A DNA stretch of 64,000 nt from an uncultured Gammaproteobacteria bacterium (lineage in GTDB: Bacteria > Patescibacteriota > Patescibacteriia > JAHIZJ01): the NCBI GenBank assembly GCA_964371245.1, contig CAYJKP010000002.1:257469-321468 (forward strand), in the 5' to 3' direction. The notes beneath the pieces are model-generated. The model saw nothing but the letters and a program-made list of their open reading frames with translations, did no database searches and was not told the origin of the DNA. Positions 1 to 8,666 of this stretch are shown piece after piece (the stretch's first letter is position 1; each line of letters starts with the position of its first letter). The translations under genes and the position numbers were made by a program.

Positions 1-345
1 ATGACGCCAGGCTGCACCACCGAAGCTTGTACGTTCCGGGACAACTTTGACGTGCTCCAAAAAGTAAACGCAATTGTTTTGGGCGTGAGCACAGATTCCG
101 TATCGAGCCATCGGCGTTTTGCCGACAAACACGCTTTGCCGTTTCCGCTCTTGGCGGACGTTGAAAAAACAGTCGTAAACTTGTATAATGTCTGGGGAGC
201 GAAGAAATTCCTCGGCCGCGAGTTTTTCGGAACAAAACGCGTTTCCTTCCTGATCCGACCCGATGGTCACATCGCGACGATATATGAACAGGTCAAACCC
301 CAATCCCACCCGGATGATGTCCTTCATGATATAGCCACCTTATAA
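1..345 (+). CDS. bcp: thiol peroxidase Bcp (AhpC/TSA peroxiredoxin), 5'-truncated by window edge
   Basis: N-terminus TPGCTTEAC matches the Bcp peroxidatic Cys motif (FTPGCT); ORF starts at the window edge. Confidence 0.8.
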   Translation: MTPGCTTEACTFRDNFDVLQKVNAIVLGVSTDSVSSHRRFADKHALPFPLLADVEKTVVNLYNVWGAKKFLGREFFGTKRVSFLIRPDGHIATIYEQVKPQSHPDDVLHDIATL

Positions 346-372
346 TCATTTTTTTATCACCTAGGAAAAACC

Positions 373-2409
373 ATGATCACTCAATCGCATCTCGACCGTG
401 GCGTTGCCTTATTAGCCAGCATCGCTGTCGTTTTAGGCGGTGTTGTTTTGTTTATTGGTCTGATTCAAACGACTCCGACTAATACCGACGCTACCCTTTC
501 CGTTCCGCCAAAACTTGCTTTTGGCAATATGACCGCGTTTACGTCGGCCGATGAATTTACGGCGTATCTCGAAACGGCCAAGCAGTACACAAATTACTTT
601 TCGGGGTCGTCACGAGCTATTAGTGAAGCCCTGCCATCAAGCACAGACGCGGGTTTGCCAACCAAAGAGGGCTCAGCCGCAGGCATCAGCCGTGTCTCTG
701 AAACAAACGTTCAAGTTCAGGGTATCGACGAGCCTGATGTTGTCAAAACCGACGGCACAAACATCTTCTTTTCGTCCGATTTACTCTATTACGGCGTCGA
801 TGACGTCATCCCGCTTTTGGAAAAAAGTGTGACAAGTGAGACGGTCGCCCCTGACGCGACAGAACCGTCGACCGGTACCGGGAGCAGTTCCGTCTCACCG
901 CCAATCACGCCGCAAAATAAAACACGGGTATTAAAGGCCTTTCCGCCTGAGCAGATCGCACAACTGGCCTCACTAACAGATAATGGCGAACTTTTACTCG
1001 ATGGCAAGACGTTGCTCGTTTTGGCCTACAATAAAATATCAGGCTACGACGTGACCAGCCCGGCCAGTCCGAAATTGCTTTGGTCGATGACCTTAAAAGA
1101 ACAATATATCACCGCCCGCCTCTGGCAAAACAAGCTATATCTTGTAACCGCGGTCACGCCCGACTATGGGACACCGTGTCCGCTCAAACCAGCCAGCCTC
1201 GATGGCGCCGAGATCAGCATCCCGTGTACGCGCATTTACCACCCAACCGTCGATATGCCGGTGTCCTCGACCTACACCGCGATGGTTATTAATCCCCTAA
1301 CCGGAAAGTCGGAACGGGACATTTCCTTCGTCGGTTCGACCGATAGCACGGTGGTCTACATGTCACCGAACGCGCTGTATGTCACCTACGCCATTACTCA
1401 GAACTACTACAAGCTTCTCTTTGATTTTATCGTCACCGGGACGGAAGGACTCATTCCGGCCGACGTCACCGCGCGGATGAAAAAAATTCAAACCTATGAC
1501 ATCAGCGATGAGTCAAAAATGACCGAGCTGGGAACAATCATGGAAGCCTATATGCAAAAACTCAGCGACGAGACACAAACCAAGTTTTCAGATGACATGA
1601 GTAAGAAGATGGACGAGTATTTTTCGAAGATCAAGCGCGACCTGACCCATACCGGCATCGTAAAAATTGGTCTTGACACGTTTACAATTTCGAAAACCGG
1701 CGAGATACCCGGTCAACTGTTAAATCAGTTCTCGATTGATGAATACCAAGACAATCTCCGGCTCGCAACCACAATTACGAATATCATGGGCACGAGCAGC
1801 CAGAGCGCTAACGATATCTATATCCTCGACAGCAATCTGAACAAGGTCGGCCAGATTCAAGACCTGGGCGTCACCGAAACGGTCCAGTCAGCCCGCTTTG
1901 TCGGCAACCGTGGCTATCTCGTCACCTTCCGCCAAACCGACCCGTTCTTCGTGCTCGATCTCTCAAATCCGGCCGCCCCAAAAATGACCGGCGAATTGAA
2001 GCTGCCCGGTTTTTCCTCGTATCTCCATCCATTGACCGATACGCTGGTGCTCGGCGTCGGCCAAGACAATTGGAAAACAAAGCTCACCTTGTTCGATGTC
2101 ACGAACGCCGCCCAACCGGTCGAATTGGCCACCGCGCCGCTCACGGACGACTGGTCTGAGGCGCAAACCAATCACCACGCCTTTCTCCAAGACGCGAAAC
2201 ACAAGGTGTTTTTCTTGCCCGGCGGCCAGGGCGGGTACATCTTCTCGTACGACAATAATACCCTGACGCAAACGAAGGCGGTTCCAGACTTCGCGATGAA
2301 ACGCGCCCTCTATATCAACGACTATCTCTACCTCATCAGTCAAACGAAGGTCCAGGTGCTCGACGAGACAAAGTGGGAAAAGGTGAAAGAATTCGACCTA
2401 CCTGTATAA
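373..2409 (+). CDS. membrane-anchored secreted protein with C-terminal beta-propeller domain
   Basis: N-terminal TM helix; C-terminal region (SARFVGNRGYLVTFRQTDPFFVLDLSNP...) resembles the beta-propeller domain family; good RBS. Confidence 0.55.
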   Translation: MITQSHLDRGVALLASIAVVLGGVVLFIGLIQTTPTNTDATLSVPPKLAFGNMTAFTSADEFTAYLETAKQYTNYFSGSSRAISEALPSSTDAGLPTKEGSAAGISRVSETNVQVQGIDEPDVVKTDGTNIFFSSDLLYYGVDDVIPLLEKSVTSETVAPDATEPSTGTGSSSVSPPITPQNKTRVLKAFPPEQIAQLASLTDNGELLLDGKTLLVLAYNKISGYDVTSPASPKLLWSMTLKEQYITARLWQNKLYLVTAVTPDYGTPCPLKPASLDGAEISIPCTRIYHPTVDMPVSSTYTAMVINPLTGKSERDISFVGSTDSTVVYMSPNALYVTYAITQNYYKLLFDFIVTGTEGLIPADVTARMKKIQTYDISDESKMTELGTIMEAYMQKLSDETQTKFSDDMSKKMDEYFSKIKRDLTHTGIVKIGLDTFTISKTGEIPGQLLNQFSIDEYQDNLRLATTITNIMGTSSQSANDIYILDSNLNKVGQIQDLGVTETVQSARFVGNRGYLVTFRQTDPFFVLDLSNPAAPKMTGELKLPGFSSYLHPLTDTLVLGVGQDNWKTKLTLFDVTNAAQPVELATAPLTDDWSEAQTNHHAFLQDAKHKVFFLPGGQGGYIFSYDNNTLTQTKAVPDFAMKRALYINDYLYLISQTKVQVLDETKWEKVKEFDLPV

Positions 2410-2427
2410 AAGTATCTCATATTATAT

Positions 2428-2457
2428 GAAAAACCGGCGATTTCGCCGGTTTTTTCT
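2428..2457 (+). terminator. rho-independent terminator
   Basis: aaaccggcgatttcgccggttttttc hairpin plus T-run immediately after the stop of 373..2409. Confidence 0.7.
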
Positions 2458-2630
2458 TTTCCCGAACCCTTGACAAGGTCGTCGTTTTTGATATCGTCAG
2501 GCTGACCCTTAAAGCACCTGCCTTAAGAGTCATTGTTTTTGCTCATTTCTTGCGCCGATGACGGCGCCACATACACGGACGGATCACGCAAACCGACCAC
2601 GGATGGATTTCTGGCTACCAAGGGGGTACG

Positions 2631-3659
2631 ATGCCACAGACAATGCGCGAGGAAGTCCTGACCATGAACGAACGGATGTCGGCGCTGTTTATTCAGACGA
2701 CGCCGCAACGACGAGAGTACCGGCGGATGCATCCGACCGAGTGGCTCGTGACCAAATGCATGGACGGACGGATCAACTTGCGTCGCTGTAGCCATATTCC
2801 ATTTGGCTTGACGACAGTGATGCGAAACATCGGGGGTAGATTTAGGGCGGGTTGGCCGAAATTCCGCGACAGCGTATTGGAGTGGTACGAATATACTCAC
2901 AGCCAACACGTTGACGCCGGGATGTACGCTACACGCCACCTCTCCCCGTCCGAACGGGATTTGGGCTGCGCCGGCTTTGACCATGATGAACAGCAGGCAC
3001 TTGAATACCTTCTTCACTTTCTGACTGAAATACGGCGCGCGTTTCCCGGGATGATCTGGCCATTCCTGCTCAGCATCGATACCGACAGTGACGCTCTCAT
3101 CCTGCACCTTGAGGATGGCAGCGTCATTGACATGAGAGAGATCACTGATCCAACGCCCCAGTATTTCGAGCACGTGCTGTCACGGGGGTGCCGGAGCTAT
3201 CCCGAACAGGTCTTGCGAGACGTGGTGCCGTTTCTGATCGGCAATCACGAACACCTACTTGAACTTCGATCGGGCAGCGCCCATACTGATTTGGTTCGCC
3301 GCCACAATGAGCGCGGGATCGCTCTCGGCCAGGGTTTCGATTGGATCGACCGGGACAATTTCATGCTCATCCTCGGACCCTGCGACCCCGCCTTGGACAA
3401 TGCCATTGTCCGCGCCGCGTCCATCGTCGAACAGAATCTCAACGATGAAGAGCGCGGTAAGGGTGGCGTCCTGCTCGTCTCCACGCCCTATCGCAGTCGC
3501 CGGCCTTGGCAGAGAGCCAGCGCGGTGGAACAGTCCCGCTACCTAGCACACTTCGCGCTCGACCATATTCGCAGGGCTTTGCCAGGCATGACTGACTACT
3601 TTGTTCCGCTTGTCGGCGTGCTCGACCTGGATACGCGCCACTTCGAGGAAATCAAGTAG
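2631..3659 (+). CDS. hypothetical protein, possibly divergent beta-carbonic-anhydrase-like fold
   Basis: RBS AAGGGGG upstream; motifs CMDGR and LGCAGFDHDE loosely recall beta-CA CxDxR / HxxCG signatures; weak. Confidence 0.4.
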   Translation: MPQTMREEVLTMNERMSALFIQTTPQRREYRRMHPTEWLVTKCMDGRINLRRCSHIPFGLTTVMRNIGGRFRAGWPKFRDSVLEWYEYTHSQHVDAGMYATRHLSPSERDLGCAGFDHDEQQALEYLLHFLTEIRRAFPGMIWPFLLSIDTDSDALILHLEDGSVIDMREITDPTPQYFEHVLSRGCRSYPEQVLRDVVPFLIGNHEHLLELRSGSAHTDLVRRHNERGIALGQGFDWIDRDNFMLILGPCDPALDNAIVRAASIVEQNLNDEERGKGGVLLVSTPYRSRRPWQRASAVEQSRYLAHFALDHIRRALPGMTDYFVPLVGVLDLDTRHFEEIK

Positions 3660-3800
3660 CCGGCATCATCTCGATCAACCGATCCTTCGTTACCAACTAT
3701 GGCGTACGCCCTTAACCAGCGTACGCTTTTATTTTATTCAGGGGATTGACGATTTCCCGCTATTGGATACAATGACGGGGTCATCATTTTTTTTCATCAC

Positions 3801-4538
3801 ATGAACACGGAAAAACTCCACCGTCATTGGTCGGAACAATCGAAACGGATTGATGCGATTATGCAGTCCGACGGCTTTGCACCGTACATCAACAAACAGC
3901 CCAATCAGGATGAGATCTGGCGTTTGCCGAACACCGTGCTTGGCTGCATCGACGAGGGATGCAAAAATACCAGCTTTCATCTAGCTGGCTCGGGGATATT
4001 ACTCGGCTTGGATAAAACCGCCGAACTGTTGGTTAATTCTGGCGCCACGGAAATAACCAGCCACGACGGCTGCGGCGCGGCCGGCTTATATGCCCAACGC
4101 GAAAATCTCGCCACTGACAACGCCGACAACTATGGGATCGTGTTTGCCCAGAAGCTGGCCGAAAAAACCGGCCTGTCCTATCGTCACATTACCGCCCAGG
4201 AGATGTCGCGGCCGCCGGAATTCCACATCGCCCGGCTCGCGGTTTATGATGGTTCGGGTAACTTTAACCCGGCGGCGATCCCGGGATTTCCCGCCTGTTT
4301 TTGGATCAGCCGGTATCTGAACCCAGAGGCAAAAGAAGAAGCCGCAATTAGCGCCCAGATTGCGCTCGGTGGCCATGGTTACGGAAACTTGCTTACGCCC
4401 GAAGAACCCTTTTATTTTATTATCATTGGCCACCCAAGTAATCCGGCACTATCAGAACGCACCCTACTCAATGAATTGTCGTCGATATTTGAACAGCCGG
4501 GCCGTATTTCGTTGGTTAGCCTGACACCGCAAAAATAA
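3801..4538 (+). CDS. hypothetical protein, beta-carbonic-anhydrase-like motifs (CIDEG ... HDGCGAAG)
   Basis: HDGCGAAG resembles the beta-CA zinc ligand motif; possible distant paralog of the preceding gene. Confidence 0.4.
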   Translation: MNTEKLHRHWSEQSKRIDAIMQSDGFAPYINKQPNQDEIWRLPNTVLGCIDEGCKNTSFHLAGSGILLGLDKTAELLVNSGATEITSHDGCGAAGLYAQRENLATDNADNYGIVFAQKLAEKTGLSYRHITAQEMSRPPEFHIARLAVYDGSGNFNPAAIPGFPACFWISRYLNPEAKEEAAISAQIALGGHGYGNLLTPEEPFYFIIIGHPSNPALSERTLLNELSSIFEQPGRISLVSLTPQK

Positions 4539-4550
4539 CATTCCTCTATA

Positions 4551-4582
4551 TAAAAAACGGCTGCAAGTGAGCCGTTTTTTTG
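4551..4582. terminator. rho-independent terminator (bidirectional hairpin between convergent genes)
   Basis: aacggctgcaagtgagccgttttttt. Confidence 0.6.
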
Positions 4583-4588
4583 TTCTCG

Positions 4589-5509
4589 TTATGGCTGTAG
4601 CGTTGTATCGACGTTCCCATTAACGGAAATAACGACATCCTGAACGGTGGAAAACTGTTTCAATGTTTGCGTGATCTGAGCCCGGATGGTCGTAACGCGA
4701 CATGATCCAGCGCTACCTTCATTTAGGGTTTCATTAAAGTCGGCCCGGGCAACGCCGTTCTGAATTGACAGACTATTGAGCTGAACCCCGTCTGGGATCA
4801 GGCTTGTGTAGCCGGTACTGGTTTCCTCGGCCGTCGGTCCCGCGAGCAAAGCGGTAATGGCCGCTTGAGCAATCGTTTCGGTTTTCGGTATGGTCCGGTC
4901 AAAGGGGTACACCGTGGCGCAGGAAGTTTCCGTGGTTACGGTTTTTGGTAGGTACACCTTGATTACACTCATATCCGCTGTCAGCAACCGAACGGGCAGA
5001 GAAACGAGATCGGTTTCAGAGCCATCCATGGCCGAGAGATCAAATACTTCCAAGGTGCCCTCATCCGACGCTGGCGTTTGATATTCAACCGACACAGAAA
5101 ACGGACTCAGCTGGCTCGGATCAGAACCGGTTGCCGTGATCGTCCCCTGGGCAAGAATGGCTTCCGTATCATCAATGAGACGATACTGGAACTGGTTTTC
5201 AAAGACGCGCGCCTGGCCTGAGATGGTGAAAGGCTTTGCCAAAACACTGTCAGCCAGCGGCTCATCGACAATGATATTGCCGCTCTCACTTGCCGTTGGC
5301 TGGTTGGTGTTGAGCGGCTGATTTGTGGCATTCGTGTTTTGATTCGTACCGCACGGCGTGGTCGGCATGGCCGAGGTCGGGTTTCCGTGTTTCACCCACT
5401 GGTTATTCTGACAGATCCAGGAATCTTCACCGACCGCCCGTAAAATAGCAACCACGACGAGCAGGATAAAAATAATGATTCCAAAAACGATCACTACTTT
5501 TTTTGTCAT
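4589..5509 (-). CDS. membrane-anchored GerMN-domain protein (sporulation/germination-like lipoprotein domain)
   Basis: N-terminal TM (KKVVIVFGIIIFILLVVVAIL); C-terminal ...ARADFNETLNEGSAGSCRVTTIRAQITQTLKQF... typical of GerMN domain. Confidence 0.5.
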   Translation of the reverse strand: MTKKVVIVFGIIIFILLVVVAILRAVGEDSWICQNNQWVKHGNPTSAMPTTPCGTNQNTNATNQPLNTNQPTASESGNIIVDEPLADSVLAKPFTISGQARVFENQFQYRLIDDTEAILAQGTITATGSDPSQLSPFSVSVEYQTPASDEGTLEVFDLSAMDGSETDLVSLPVRLLTADMSVIKVYLPKTVTTETSCATVYPFDRTIPKTETIAQAAITALLAGPTAEETSTGYTSLIPDGVQLNSLSIQNGVARADFNETLNEGSAGSCRVTTIRAQITQTLKQFSTVQDVVISVNGNVDTTLQP

Positions 5510-5661
5510 ACATGGTTTGAGTAAATAATTACCACTTGTATCCTACCACAATCGGCAAATAAATAAAACAATCCGGCACGTATCGGATTATTATATTTTG
5601 TCATATCACCGAATTGTTTTCTTCCGCTGTCGTATCCTCGAATCGCTTTATTATGAAACGT

Positions 5662-5737
5662 TGGTGGACCCTACCGGGCTCGAACCGGTCACCTCCGCGA
5701 TGCAAACGCGGCGCTCTACCAAATGAGCTAAGGGCCC
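5662..5737 (-). tRNA. tRNA-Ala(TGC)
   Basis: cloverleaf on minus strand; anticodon loop tTTGCAt; 3' CCA encoded. Confidence 0.8.
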
Positions 5738-5744
5738 CCGTAAT

Positions 5745-5981
5745 TTACTTTCCGAACGCGCCCTGAATACCGCTCGTATCGCACCGGCCGAACATGACCA
5801 CCACCGAGAGGATGACGAGCACAATCCCAATCAGCTGAAAAAATGTCCGGGAGCCTCCAAAGGTCGCGATCACGCCTCGATTGGCGAAATCGATTTTACC
5901 AAATGTGTTGAGAAACCAATTCGGTTTCAAGGCCATGGTAAACCCAACGGCCAGCATGATCAGTCCTATAAGATAGCGCAT
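5745..5981 (-). CDS. small hypothetical membrane protein
   Basis: 78 aa, two predicted TM helices, between two tRNAs. Confidence 0.35.
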   Translation of the reverse strand: MRYLIGLIMLAVGFTMALKPNWFLNTFGKIDFANRGVIATFGGSRTFFQLIGIVLVILSVVVMFGRCDTSGIQGAFGK

Positions 5982-6001
5982 CGTGTAAAGTTTATTTTTC
6001 C

Positions 6002-6076
6002 TGGTGGACGATGAGGGATTCGAACCCCCGACCCTTCGGATGTAAACCGAATGCTCTACCGCTGAGCTAATCGTCC
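6002..6076 (-). tRNA. tRNA-Val(TAC)
   Basis: GGACGATTAGCTCAGCGGTAGAGC...TTCGAATCC...CCA; anticodon loop tTTACAt. Confidence 0.8.
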
Positions 6077-6210
6077 GTAAGTCGGAAGATTCGCCTGCCT
6101 ACATGGTATATACAACCATGATTCTCCGTTTCTGACAAGAGGATAGATTCGATGTTTTCCCATATTTTTGTTATAATTCTGAGAGACATAAACAATAATA
6201 CTACGATTCG

Positions 6211-6579
6211 ATGGCTTGTTTACTCGCTCCGACAACAGCGGCAATAATCGTTATGGCAGCCAAGAAAAAGATACCGGCGCGCTATCACATCAACTGGCTT
6301 CTCGCCCTACTCTGGGGCGGGGCGGCCTGGCTCATACCCGAGCATATTTATCACGGTGAGATTGTACTCTACCCGCCCTTCTTTACCGCCGGCTTGTCAA
6401 ATGTCCTCCACGAGGTTATGAGAGTCGGTGTTCCCATGACTTTTGCGGCGGTCACTATATGGCTGGCCATGATCGCGCTCCCAGCAGTATTTAAACGAAA
6501 AACGCTGCAGCCGCGCTTTGCCTATCTGATCGTTATCGGCGCAATAATCATGGTTGCGGTTGACCGTATATTTGCCTGA
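6211..6579 (+). CDS. hypothetical membrane protein
   Basis: 122 aa, 3-4 TM helices. Confidence 0.4.
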   Translation: MACLLAPTTAAIIVMAAKKKIPARYHINWLLALLWGGAAWLIPEHIYHGEIVLYPPFFTAGLSNVLHEVMRVGVPMTFAAVTIWLAMIALPAVFKRKTLQPRFAYLIVIGAIIMVAVDRIFA

Positions 6580-6600
6580 TGCTTTTCTGAAACAATGGCA

Positions 6601-6666
6601 GAAAAGACCCTATAGGGGTCTTTTTCAGTAAATAAAAAGTACCGCTAAGCATTGCGGTATTTTTTC
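6601..6666. terminator. two adjacent terminator hairpins
   Basis: gaaaagaccctataggggtctttttc followed by gtaccgctaagcattgcggtatttttt; marks the host/island boundary. Confidence 0.6.
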
Positions 6667-6782
6667 ATCTAAAACTGGGGGGCCATCCGCCTCTGGCGAG
6701 ATGGGGAAAGGGGCATGCGCCCCAAGGGTGGAGCAGGAGCGACTTGATCGCTCATGCGCAACCCGCAGGGCGCTTTGACCCG

Positions 6783-6839
6783 TGGTGCGCAACGTGGAAC
6801 GAAGTCAGAACTTGGATCCGCGATACGACCGAGTACTTT
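6783..6839. repeat. 57-bp imperfect direct repeat, copy 1 (4 mismatches vs copy 2)
   Basis: tggtgcgcaaNgtggNacgaagtcagaacttggatccgNgatacgacNgagtacttt also present at 8483..8539. Confidence 0.85.
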
Positions 6840-7023
6840 CACATACCTGACTTATCGCCGCCACCGACTACAGCGATTAAACCATATGCTATTCCCTTGC
6901 GGTAGAGCGGGTAAAGTTTCGTTACCGCAACCACTTGTGCATGCCACCTTAACCTAAAGCGTTGGTGTCCTTGTTATTACACAATAAAAGGACCCACCGG
7001 GATGGCAGGTCAGGAACGAGCGA

Positions 7024-7449
7024 CTAGACGTCGTGAACGATGTGGAGGATGTTGGGCACTTGTGTCGGGGGTTCGCCGATCTGAGCGGCAAACGCGGCGA
7101 TGAAGTGCGGCGGGCACTGTACCGTCTTCCAGTGGCAGACGAAAGCTGGACGATCTCTCAAGTCGAGGGATAGTCGTTGAAACGCGAACTTCCCGTTTGG
7201 AACACCTGCCCCATAGCTGATGCTAGTCTGTAGGTCATAGAAGCGGCGATAGTTCCGCAGGTTGAGGCCTTCAGCTTCTGCGATAGCCGCGATGATATAT
7301 TCGGCGCCGCAAATGGTGTTAGGCCCTGCTGTCGAGTGCGGAGCAATTCCGCTAAACACGCAGCATCTACCCGGAAACATGGCGTAGACAAACCTGCCCG
7401 GACCACCCTCGTAGAACGTCAGTTCTTTGAGAACCACAGGGTCTGGCAT
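7024..7449 (-). CDS. hypothetical protein, tandem paralog A (MPD... N-terminus, FSGIAP / IAEAEG motifs)
   Basis: Strong RBS AAGGAGG; ~35% identity to the adjacent upstream gene. Confidence 0.55.
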   Translation of the reverse strand: MPDPVVLKELTFYEGGPGRFVYAMFPGRCCVFSGIAPHSTAGPNTICGAEYIIAAIAEAEGLNLRNYRRFYDLQTSISYGAGVPNGKFAFQRLSLDLRDRPAFVCHWKTVQCPPHFIAAFAAQIGEPPTQVPNILHIVHDV

Positions 7450-7480
7450 ATCCCTCCTTTCTTAGGGGGTATGCGTTGAT

Positions 7481-7897
7481 CTACAGATCGAACGCGTCCC
7501 TGACCTGCCGGGGTGGATGGCCGATCTGTTCGGCAAACACCCGGATAACGTCCTCTGAGCACGTCTCCCCGATCCAGCCGGAAACGAAGTACGGACGGAC
7601 GCCCCATTCGATGTTGAGCTGCGAAAAGGCGAGTTTTCCAGTAGGTGCTTTCGCCCGTCCGTAGCCCAGGCTGGTCTGGAGATCGTAGAAGAGGAATTGA
7701 CTCGGATCAATCCCTTCGGCTTCAGCGATTACCCGGACAATCCCTCCGGCGGCATTCACCGTTGAGGTGCGATTGTGAGGCGGCGTAATACCGCTGAAGA
7801 CGATCCGATTACCCGGAAGTCTGGCATAGACGACCCGCGACGTGCCCTGATTGAAGTTGCGATACTCAGCCTCTTTCAGTACAACCGTATCCGGCAT
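7481..7897 (-). CDS. hypothetical protein, tandem paralog B
   Basis: Start trimmed to the internal ATG (MPDTVVLKEAE) preceded by RBS AGGAGGGAGAT; paralogous to 7024..7449. Confidence 0.55.
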   Translation of the reverse strand: MPDTVVLKEAEYRNFNQGTSRVVYARLPGNRIVFSGITPPHNRTSTVNAAGGIVRVIAEAEGIDPSQFLFYDLQTSLGYGRAKAPTGKLAFSQLNIEWGVRPYFVSGWIGETCSEDVIRVFAEQIGHPPRQVRDAFDL

Positions 7898-8045
7898 ATC
7901 TCCCTCCTTTCCGATGATACAGAAGTACAAGCCACAATAGGCGCAAATGTATAACTTGTCAAGGTGGACACGTACAACACGCCTCACGACACGGAGATGT
8001 GTAACTTATGTTTGATACTATTCATGCCATTCTTGCCATGCAGGA

Positions 8046-8333
8046 TCATCGCATGGTAACAAGATTCGTGTATAAGGTTTTCGAGTGAGCGTTGAGGGTC
8101 TTGCGTAAGGACAATAGGCGTGCCATCGACGGTAGACGGTGGCCACATTCCCAAGCAGAGATGGTGCTGCGATTAGAACCCAAGACACCAGCGAGTGTTC
8201 GCTGGGTCCAGCCAAGACGAAGACGGTAGCTGCGGATAGTGTTGGGATAGCGCGCTTTCGTCTTCGTAAAGCGATGAGTGAATTGTGGACCCATGTATGT
8301 CCTAAAATATATTAGGCGACTACAATCGTTCAA
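8046..8333 (-). CDS. XRE-family helix-turn-helix transcriptional regulator
   Basis: YRLRLGWTQRTLAGVLGSNRSTISAWECGHRLPS matches the HTH_3 signature. Confidence 0.7.
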   Translation of the reverse strand: MNDCSRLIYFRTYMGPQFTHRFTKTKARYPNTIRSYRLRLGWTQRTLAGVLGSNRSTISAWECGHRLPSMARLLSLRKTLNAHSKTLYTNLVTMR

Positions 8334-8482
8334 GTCCCGCTTGCTCTGTGGACAATTGGTTCAGGACGTTCCCGATGCGGTACGTCTCCCATCCTGAGTT
8401 TAGACACACAAAAACCGCTCACCTAAGCGGTTCCCTTGTCTTTATCCCCATGGATGTGTTGCCTCTGTAACGTCTCCCATCA

Positions 8483-8539
8483 TGGTGCGCAAAGTGGGAC
8501 GAAGTCAGAACTTGGATCCGTGATACGACGGAGTACTTT
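8483..8539. repeat. 57-bp imperfect direct repeat, copy 2
   Basis: See 6783..6839; lies between the OLD nuclease stop and the XRE regulator start. Confidence 0.85.
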
Positions 8540-8666
8540 GCGATTCCGAACCTGGAAGAAACGAGCAATTGCCCACCGGCAAAGTCATTATCTCCCATCG
8601 ACCCATAATCTGGTAAGTAGGGGTGAGGTCGCGACTCTGGCACGTCCTGTGGGGGATGTGAGGCAT

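Noticed and set aside
551-1292. Small internal ORFs (551..832 +, 789..1007 -, 1080..1292 +)
   Set aside because: Nested within or antisense to the 678-aa beta-propeller protein gene.
6680-7020. Possible tmRNA or other structured RNA in the 350-nt GC-rich stretch beginning GGGGGGCC at the island's left edge
   Set aside because: No tRNA-like 3' end (GGTTCGA..CCACCA), no UUCGAC 5' motif, no tag-peptide reading frame. Better explained as the island junction plus the 57-bp repeat.
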